Below are positions 55,040 to 64,000 of a stretch of DNA of 64,000 nt, one piece after another. The notes beneath the pieces were generated by a model. It ran no database searches and had not been told where the DNA came from. It worked only from the letters and a program-made list of their open reading frames with translations. Numbering within the stretch: position 1 is the first letter of the stretch; every line of letters begins with the position of its first letter. Origin of the DNA: Octopus sinensis (Eukaryota); the NCBI RefSeq assembly GCF_006345805.1, contig NC_043005.1, positions 26,102,001 to 26,166,000 of the forward strand, read 5' to 3'. A program made the translations under genes and the position numbers.

Positions 55040-55420
55040 TTCTCACATGCTCTTCTCTTCTCTCAATCTAATTACCCTTACTAGTATATTCTCAAAATTC
55101 CATTTATACAAGACTCTTTCACAAATGAACAACAAATGGAATTAATATCTACACATTATCCATTTGAAATTACATCGTATGAAGCTCACATCAGAATTTA
55201 CCCACCATGGACAAGAATCCTTTTTACCTATTCTACACACCACATTCCTTAGATAACGAAACAGCATCTTCAACATCCCACATATCTCATATTCCCTTTT
55301 AAACGACCTGCATTTCTCCCTTTCCAAAATAACTTTAATGAATGCCTTCTATTAAGACTCTCTTAACTTCTCTCTGATGATGGGATATCATTTATTTCTC
55401 CGAAACAGCCGTAAAATCAC
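55040..55420 (+). mobile_element. Penelope-like 3' segment with degenerate HHR (55370-55417)
   Basis: Translates to FSKFH..NEQ.ME..S like the minus strand of 33300-33680; CTGATGA-TGGGA...TCTCC-GAAA-CAGCCG-T-A. Confidence 0.5.
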
Positions 55421-55572
55421 CTTTCTCTTAAGAGAAGTCCTAGAAATAGCACATTGCTTTAGCCTTGTTATCTCCTTGTATCTAACATATAGTGAGAATT
55501 TACAAAAGAAAAAAGACGGGTGTGTAAACAACAAGCAGATGTATTAGTTTAACGCTTGGGAAGTGAGAAAAT

Positions 55573-55608
55573 CTTTTACGTTTCGAGTCTACGCTCTTCA
55601 ACAGAAAG
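55573..55608 (-). ncRNA. Minimal HHR-like motif, A6U core variant (degenerate relatives at ~28815-28855 and ~34295-34305)
   Basis: CTTT-CTGTTGA-A-GAGC(GTAG)ACTC-GAAA-CG-T-A-AAAG. Confidence 0.45.
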
Positions 55609-55684
55609 GAACACAGAAATAAACAGGGAGAGAAAGAAAAAGGTTCAGTGGCTAGCAATCTATCATGGCGAATATATATATATA

Positions 55685-55726
<42 letters not shown>

Positions 55727-55767
55727 GTGTATATAATCAGAATGGGAAGGTCATTCTCTGGGATTCG

Positions 55768-55867
55768 NNNNNNNNNNNNNNNNNNNNNNNNNNNNNNNNN
55801 NNNNNNNNNNNNNNNNNNNNNNNNNNNNNNNNNNNNNNNNNNNNNNNNNNNNNNNNNNNNNNNNNNN
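55768..55867. other. Assembly gap (100 N)
   Basis: Run of N. Confidence 1.
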
Positions 55868-56248
55868 TTAGAATATATTTAACCTAGATGTTTATTAAAT
55901 TAATTAATTAATTAATTAATTAATAATTTAATTTAATGTATATAGATTAAATTATAGCATTTTAGTTTTCACTTAATGTATATTTTGTATTATATATATA
56001 TATATCTATATATATATATATGTTTTAAATATTTTAATTAATTGTATTTCAATTTTCTAGTAATGATATATTATAGTTTGTTATTCTTTTTTATATAAGT
56101 TAAAATTTATTTTAATAGATATAATAAATATTTATACTTATTTATTCTAGTTTTATTTACACAAGAATATATTTGTTTAGATATCTCGTGTTTTACAAGA
56201 TTATATACGTATATTTATTTATTTAAATATTTTATTGTCTTTATCTTT

Positions 56249-56329
56249 GACCTGAAGAGTGGCTATATTTAAATTGAATTGATTTTACTGTTATCAGTTT
56301 TTAAATATAGCCACGAAACACGTGTAGTC
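56249..56329 (+). ncRNA. Canonical type I hammerhead ribozyme motif with perfect 15-bp stem II
   Basis: GAC-CTGAAGA-GTGGCTATATTTAAA(26 nt)TTTAAATATAGCCAC-GAAA-CACGTG-T-A-GTC; G10.1-C11.1, palindromic ACACGTGT, GUA triplet. Confidence 0.8.
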
Positions 56330-56955
56330 CTTTTACCACTTATATACTTTGTATTTATTATTTTGTACACTACGAAATCATTAGTATATGTTTTTATCTT
56401 ATATTTAATTTTTTTCTATATGATATAATTTACTTATTTCATTGTTGAATTGATAAAAGGTGGGGTCTTTTTTACTAATTTATATACATATATTATATTT
56501 TGTGAAATTTGATTTAGTATTACTAAATTGAATGTTTCCCTGTAAGTTTGGAATAATATTCCCTAATATTATATATATATATAATGAAATGAATAATTTA
56601 AAAAATAGATGAAAACAGTAAGCTTGGCTGATAATCCTTAAGTGCTTACGCACAAAAGCAAAGATCAGTTGATACCAATATATATATTCTTGCTTTGTTG
56701 ATTATGCAAAGGTAAGCCTTAATTTTATTGTATTCGTTGATTTCGCTGTGTTTGTTTCTTAATAGTGAAAAATTTGCCTCTTTGGAGATTTGATTCCTGT
56801 TTCTAGCTAGCTGGTATTTCGGTACCCTAATTTAGTTGTATATTTTGCGTATTTAGGTTAAACTTGCTTGCCACTTTATTATTATTATTATTTTTAATAA
56901 CATACACACACACATACACACATACATATAATACATATATATATATATATTTTTT

Positions 56956-57533
56956 TAAATAATAAGGGTGAAAATTGAATATTAATTTGATTAATATCAG
57001 TTTAAAACCAGTGGCCTAACGTATTGAAAAATCTGAAGATTCAGAAAAACGATATTACATATATATATATATACGGGGAATGACCACTAAGTGGATATCC
57101 ATTATGCTAGACGAAGACTCTATATGGTCTGACCACTAAGAAAAGGTTGTTCTCGAGAAAATTCAGCAAATGCCAGAACTTAAGTGAGCAAGACAAATGA
57201 AAAGATACAAAATATCAAGATTAATCACAAACCCGATTTCATTGTTACCACTTACGTAATACTTATGTAAATGTCCGCAGTTCATCAGTGTGATCGTCAT
57301 AGCAAAATATAATTTGCAGAACTTTACACGAGACGTCTGCATGAGATTTAACATGCATATAGTCTTACCAATTACATTTGGGGTTATACTTCGAAAGTCT
57401 TCGTTTTGGCGCGCCAAAATACCGGAAATAATTCTGCAGAAAAATAATTCTCTGTGGTAAATTTTGCCGGTTAGAGAACATGGTTATTTAAATTTAAATA
57501 ATAAGAGTGAAAAATTGAATATTAATTTGATTA
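56956..57533 (-). mobile_element. Retrozyme/pLTR-like monomer: 539-bp unit with ~38-bp terminal redundancy
   Basis: TAAATAATAAG(G/A)GTGAAAA(A)TTGAATATTAATTTGATTA at 56956 and 57495; shares motifs with 44548-45149. Confidence 0.65.
57223..57295 (-). ncRNA. Type I hammerhead ribozyme motif, long stem II
   Basis: GATCACA-CTGATGA-[41 nt, CATTTAC/GTAAGTG hairpin]-GAAA-TCGGG-T-T-TGTGATT; 7-bp stem I. Confidence 0.7.
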
Positions 57534-57539
57534 GTGAAT

Positions 57540-58225
57540 AAACTATCGTCTAAATTACGCAGAAATGAAAATAGCACTGACATCTCATTTTAACCGATAT
57601 ACTTACCAAAATTACATTATAACTTCTTGAAGTACAAAAGAGTATGCTATTGGCTTCAACCACAGACTCAAGACGACTTCGGAATGTCCTCCAACTCTTC
57701 TGGACGATCACTTTCTTTAAGTTGGTGAATGATGCCATAACCCTTGCCTTCAGTTCATTTTTGGTGTTAAAAGAAGTTTTGTTAGTCTCTCGCTCAACTG
57801 CACCCCACACAGGGGAAGCTGCAATCTGGGTCGTTAGGTAGACAGATGCAAAGGGTGATTTGGTCGCAGAAATTGTCTGACAGCCATGACTGGATTCTCC
57901 TGCTTGTGTGGCATGGTGCAGAATCCTGTTGCCAAACATAGGGTCTTCCAGCAGCTAACCACTTCAACCAGAACAGCACCACCTGCTTCAGGCATTTGAT
58001 GAAGGCCTCCGTACCGAGTGTGGGAAGATGAATGGTGATCACTAGTGACCACTCCAAACATGATGATGTTGACTGGATGTTTGATTTTTATCACTCTCGA
58101 CACATGTTCTCAGATTGCACTCTTCTAAAACTGACGCCCAAACACTCTGAAATGTTCGTATTGGAGCTTCCGGCACGAATGCCAAGCAGTACAGCATGTC
58201 GTTTCCAAATTTCTGACTGAGTGAA
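57540..58225 (-). mobile_element. maT/DD37D-like transposase relic with deletions and frameshifts
   Basis: RHAVLLGIRAG.SNTNISECLGV; IKHPVNIIMFGVVTSD; GRPYVWQQDSAPCHTSRRIQSWLSDNF; VWGAVERETNK...KNELKARV...FRSRLESVVEAN. Confidence 0.8.
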
Positions 58226-58322
58226 TAATAGAAGACACTTGTTCAAGGTGTCACGCAGTGTGACAGAACTCGAGACCATGTGGTCGGAAAGCAAACTTCT
58301 TACCACACAGCACTCCTGCGCG
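58226..58322 (-). mobile_element. SINE family A head
   Basis: GCAGGAGTGCTGTGTGGTAAGAAG...ACCTTGAACAAGTGTCTTCTA. Confidence 0.7.
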
Positions 58323-58336
58323 TATTGATATATATA

Positions 58337-58385
<49 letters not shown>

Positions 58386-58394
58386 ATATACATA

Positions 58395-61300
58395 TACATT
58401 ATATAAAAGGGCTTAGTAAAATAAATTACTTTGCCACATACTGAACTCATTAGAATAGTAGCTAAAAAAACTTTAAACTATTTCTAATACTAAAGAAAAT
58501 CTCTCTCATATAGTGTTTGCTCAATTCAACTCACGAAAGTATGGGGGTAAAGACATTAAAAAATCAAATGCAAAGGTTATTTGAGAACGTACGTTTCAAG
58601 ATTAGTCAACTCGACATTTCTATCATCAGCTCAGAACTCCTTGGTTTGGATTGAAAACACTGAAAGTGGGAGCATACCCTTTCGTGGCTTCTTATCGCTT
58701 CTGAAGATCTGCTCGAAACTAACAGTGCCAGCAAACCAAAATATGCAAGCGAAGAATTTCTGCTCTCCCCTTTCCACCAGCGTGGGTTAAAATCAGTAAA
58801 CACTATGCTTTTTCGGTAAAATCCGAAGCATTAAATAGAGAGAGATGAATTATAATTTCAACAATTAAGGGTAAAATTAATTAATTATTAATCAATTTCA
58901 CCAAGTAAAGGGACTATTTAAGGCGAATTCAAATTATTACATTATATAAAAGGGCTTAGTAAAATAAATTACTTTGCCACATACTGAACTCATTAGAAAT
59001 AGTAGCTAAAAAAACTTTTTTAAAACTATTTCTAATACTTAAAGAAAATCTCTCTCATATAGTGTTTGCTCAATTCAACTCACGAAAGTATGGGGGTAAA
59101 GACATTAAAAAATCAAATGCAAAGGTTATTTGAGAACGTACGTTTCAAGATTAGTCAACTCGACATTTCTATCATCAGCTCAGAACTCCTTGTTTGGATT
59201 TGAAAACACTGAAAGTGGAGCATACCCTTTCGGCTTCTTATCGCTTCTGAAGATCTGCTCGAAACTAACAGTGCCAGCAAACCCAAAATATGCAAGCGAA
59301 GAATTTCTGCTCTCCCTTCCACCAGCGTGGTTTTAAAATCAGTAAACACTATGCTTTTTTGGTAAAGCCGAAGCATTAATAGAGAGAGATGAATTATAAT
59401 TTCAACAATTGAGGTAAAATTAATTAATTATTAATGAATTTCACCAAGTATTCAGTATGTAAGGGACCATTTAGGCGAATTCAAATTATTACATTATATA
59501 AAGGGCTTAGTAAAATAAATTACTTTGCCACATACTGAACTCATTAGAAATAGTAGCTAAAAAACTTTTTTAACTATTTCTAATACTTAAAGAAAATCTC
59601 TCTCATATAGTGTTTGCTCAATTCAACTCACGAAAGTATGGGGGTAAAGACATTAAAAAATCAAATGCAAAGGTTATTTGATACGTACGTTTCAAGATTA
59701 GTCAACTCGACATTTCTATCATCAGCTCAGAACTCCTTGGTTGGATTTGAAAACACTGAAAGTGGGAGCATACCCTTTCGGCTTCTTATCGCTTCTGAGA
59801 TCTGCTCGAAACTAACAGTGCCAGCAAACCCAAAATATGCAAGCGAAGAATTTCTGCTCTCCCCTTTCCACCAGCGTGGGTTAAAATCAGTAACCTATGC
59901 TTTTTCGGTAAAATCCGAAGCATTAAATAGAGAGAGATGAATTATAATTTCAACAATTAAGGGTAAAATTAATTAATTATTAATCAATTTCACCAAGTAA
60001 AGGGACTATTTAAGGCGAATTCAAATTATTACATTATATAAAAGGGCTTAGTAAAATAAATTACTTTGCCACATACTGAACTCATTAGAAATATAGCTAA
60101 AAAAACTTTTTTAAAACTATTTCTAATACTTAAAGAAAATCTCTCATATAGTGTTTGCTCAATTCAACTCACGAAAGTATGGGGGTAAAGACATTAAAAA
60201 ATCAAATGCAAAGGTTATTTGAGAACGTACGTTTCAAGATTAGTCAACTCGACATTTCTATCATCAGCTCAGAACTCCTTGGTTTGGATTTGAAAACACT
60301 GAAAGTGGGAGCATACCCGTTCGGCTTCTTATCGCTTCTGAAGATCTGCTCGAAACTAACAGTGCCAGCAAACCCAAAAATGCAAGCGAAGAATTTCTGC
60401 TCTCCCCTTTCCACCAGCGTGGGTTAAAATCAGTAAACACTATGCTTTTTCGGTAAAATCCGAAGCATTAAATAGAGAGAGATGAATTATAATTTCAACA
60501 ATTGAGGGTAAATAATTAATTATTAATGAATTTCACCAAGTATTCAGTATGTAAAGGGACCATTTAAGGCGAATTCAAATTATTACATTATATAAAGGGC
60601 TTAGTAAAATAAATTACTTTGCCACATACTGAACTCATTAGAAATAGTATCTAAAAAACTTTTTTAAAACTATTTCTAATACTTAAAGAAAATCTCTCTC
60701 ATATAGTGTTTGCTCAATTCAACTCACGAAAGTATGGGGGTAAAGACATTAAAAAATCAAATGCAAAGGTTATTTGAGAACGTACGTTTCAAGATTAGTC
60801 AACTCGACATTTCTATCATCAGCTCAGAACTCCTTGGTTTGGATTTGAAAAACTGAAAGTGGGAGCATACCCTTTCGGCTTCTTATCGCTTCTGAAGATC
60901 TGCTCGAAACTAACAGTGCCAGCAAACCCAAATATGCAAGCGAAGAATTTCTGCTCTCCCCTTTCCACCAGCGTGGGTTAAAATCAGTAAACACTATGCT
61001 TTTTCGGTAAAATCCAAGCATTAAATAGAGAGAGATGAATTATAATTTCAACAATTAAGGGTAAAATTAATTAATTATTAATCAATTTCACCAAGTAAAG
61101 GGACTATTTAAGGCGAATTCAAATTATTACATTATATAAAGGGCTTAGTAAAATAAATTACTTTGCCACATACTGACTCATTAGAAATAGTAGCTAAAAA
61201 CTTTTTTAAAACTATTTCTAATACTTAAAGAAAATCTCTCTCATATAGTGTTTGCTCAATTCAACTCACGAAAGTATGGGGGTAAAGACATTAAAAAATC

Positions 61301-62495
61301 AAATGCAAAGGTTATTTGAGAACGTACGTTTCAAGATTATTCAACTCGACATTTCTATCATCAGCTCAGAACTCCTTGGTTTGGATTTGAAAACACTGAA
61401 AGTGGGAGCATACCCTTTCGGCTTCTTATCGCTTCTGAAGATCTGCTCGAAACTAACAGTGCCAGCAAACCCAAATATGCAAGCGAAGAATTTCTTCTCC
61501 TCTCCCCTTTCCACCAGCGTGGGTTTAAATCATAACACTATGCTTTTTCGGTAAAATCCGAAGCATATGCTCCCACTTTCAGTGTTTTCAAATCCAAACC
61601 AAGGAGTTCTGAGCTGATGATAGAAATGTCGAGTTGACTAATCTTGAAACGTACGTTCTCAAATAACCTTTGGCATTTGATTTTTTAATGTCTTTACCCA
61701 CCCATACTTTCGTGAGTTGAATTGAGCAAACACTATATGAGAGAGATTTTCTTTAAGTATTAGAAATAGTTTTAAAAAAGTTTTTAGCTACTATTTCTAA
61801 TGAGTTCAGTATGTGGCAAAGTAATTTATTTTACTAGCCCTTTTATATAATGTAATAATTTGAATTCGCCTTAAATGGTCCCTTTACATACTGAATACTT
61901 GGTGAATTGATTATAATTAATTAATTTTACCCTCAATTGTTGAAATTATAATTCATCTCTCTCTATTTAATGCTTCGGATTTTACCGAAAAAGCATAGTG
62001 TTTACTGATTTTAACCCACGCTGGTGGAAAAGGGTGAGCAGAATTCTTCGCTTGCATATTTTGGGTTTGCTGGCACTGTTAGTTTCGAGCAGATCTTCAG
62101 AAGCGATAAGAAGCCGACGGGTATGCTCCCACTTTCAGTGTTTTCAAATCCAATCCAGGAGTTCTGAGCTGATGATAGAAATGTCGAGTTGACTAATCTT
62201 GAAACGTACGTTCTCAAATACCTTTGCATTTGATTTTTTAATGTCTTTACCCCCATACTTTCGTGAGTTGAATTGAGCAAACACTATATGAGAGAGATTT
62301 TCTTTAAGTATTAGAAATAGTTTTAAAAAAGTTTTTTTAGCTACTATTTCTAATGAGTTCAGTATGTGGCAAAGTAATTTATTTTACTAAGCCCTTTTAT
62401 ATAATGTAATAATTTGAATTCGCCTTAAATGGTCCCTTTACATACTGAATACTTGGTGAATTGATTAATAATTAATTATTTTACCCTCATTGTTG

Positions 62496-62503
<8 letters not shown>
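58395..62503. repeat. Tandem array of ~541-555-bp units (~5.8 forward + ~1.7 inverted), one HHR per unit
   Basis: Marker TGAGAACGTACGTTTC at 58582, 59131, 59679 (variant), 60220, 60775, 61317; inverted at 61610-61661 and 62165-62216; (TA)n at both flanks. Confidence 0.95.
58582..58633 (-). ncRNA. Type I hammerhead ribozyme motif of the array unit (also 59131-59182, 60220-60271, 60775-60826, 61317-61368 on -; 61610-61661, 62165-62216 on +; unit-3 copy mutated at the cleavage site)
   Basis: TGAG-CTGATGA-TAGAAATGTC(GAGTT)GACTAATCTT-GAAA-CGTACG-T-T-CTCA; canonical core, palindromic AACGTACGTT stem III, GUU triplet. Confidence 0.75.
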
Positions 62504-62569
<66 letters not shown>

Positions 62570-62580
62570 CATATATATTA

Positions 62581-62625
<45 letters not shown>

Positions 62626-62684
62626 TGTATATATTATATATAGAGAGAGAGAGAGATAATAGATATATAGATAGATATAGATAC

Positions 62685-62733
<49 letters not shown>

Positions 62734-62811
62734 ATATATATGTATATAATATATATAATATATCATATTGGTGGCTAATTTACAATTTTACAACCTAAAG
62801 GCAGAAATATA

Positions 62812-63222
62812 TACGTCACTAAAGTGAACAAGGGCACTAAACTGCATAAGTATTGTTAGGAACAAGAATCAAAACAGCTCAACAGCCAGAAAGACACTAT
62901 CTTAATGAGCTGACAAGGGAGACAAACCACCTACGGTCGCAGACAGAACTAGATCACCGGTGATTTCAGCAGAAATCTTATGAGCTGACAAGAAGAGATG
63001 AGTTTAACCCTAGGCGCAGTGAGAGCCACTGATGAGCATTAAGATGCGTTAAGCATCAGAATGCGAACTCATCGGTGATCTAGCTCTATACGCAACCGTT
63101 AGGGAGGTTGTCTCCCTTGTCAGCTCATTAGGATAGTACTTTTTGTGGCTGTTGAGCTGCTTTGATTTTTGTTTCTAGCAATACTTGTGCTTATTAATGC
63201 CCTTGTTCACTTTAATAACGTG
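62812..63222. mobile_element. Foldback/MITE-like element, ~147-bp diverged TIRs, TA flanks, central type III HHR-like motif (62997-63073)
   Basis: 62812-62959 pairs with 63072-63222. Centre: GATGAGT...GCCA-CTGATGA-GCATT(..GATGC-GTTAA-GCATC..)AATGC-GAA-CTCATC. Confidence 0.7.
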
Positions 63223-64000
63223 TACACACACACACACATATATATATATATACATACATATATACATATATACATATATATATAATGTGCATGTGCGTGT
63301 GTATGTATGTATGTATGTAGGTGTGTGTGTGTTCTCTTGTATATATACACACACGTATACATATAGCTATGTCTGTATGTATGTACAGTATAACACCAAG
63401 ACGTACATATGTATGCATACATACATATATATACACACACGTATACATATAGCTATGTCTGTATGTATGTACAGTATAACACCAAGACGTACATATGTAT
63501 GCATACATACATATATATATGTGTTTAAGTGTGTGTGTGTGTGTGTAAGATGTGTGTGTATCTGTTTTTGTTTAATTGTGTATTATATTGCTGACGTCAA
63601 GTGACGCAGAATCGATAGCAGAGATAAAAATTTTAAAAAAACACTAATGAATACAACAAAAACAAAATAAAATTAAAACTAAAGGAAGAAAATCTATAAA
63701 TGATTACAAAATAAAAACAAAAACAAAAAATAAATTTTAAACCGACATATTGAAGATGCATCACCAACAGAATGAAGGTGCAAAGCAGATGCACCGGATG
63801 ATCCTGGTGGCGTAATACGCTTTTCAGTTCGGCACGTTTAGGCTGAGTGTGTGCGTACGTACATGCATGCATATGCTTGTTAGTGTTTGTATACGAATGT
63901 GCTTATCGTATACTTGTGTATTTGTGCGTGTAAATGAGTGTACTTCGTATGTTTGTGTGTATATGTGTATATATGTGAATGTGCGTACATTGTAATTTAT

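Overview
Repeat-saturated eukaryotic DNA with no confidently identifiable host gene. The SINE families and dense (TA)n/(TACA)n/(GATA)n/trinucleotide microsatellites suggest an octopus (cephalopod) genome; this is an inference. Nearly all long ORFs in the track are microsatellite artefacts. Recognisable mobile DNA: three tRNA-headed SINE families; CR1-like, R4/Dong-like, HERO-like, RTE and L1/Tx1-like LINE relics; Tc1 (DD34E), mariner (DD34D) and maT-like transposase relics; MITEs; Helentron-type elements; one 100-N gap. The main unexplained signal is a cluster of hammerhead ribozyme (HHR) motifs read by eye. A 4.1-kb tandem array (58395-62503) of ~541-555-bp units carries one type I HHR per unit (palindromic stem III, long stem II) and flips orientation at 61566/61567. 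Each unit also shows nested long-range complementarity and a second, degenerate HHR-like motif on the opposite strand. Two diverged, terminally redundant monomers with the same architecture (44548-45149, 56956-57533) carry their own HHRs. Together they look like a retrozyme/Penelope-pLTR-like family of structured self-cleaving RNAs. About ten further HHR motifs include a G3-C8 core swap, a tRNA-headed SINE with an HHR tail, and a foldback element with a central type III-like motif. No folding, database search or cleavage assay was run.
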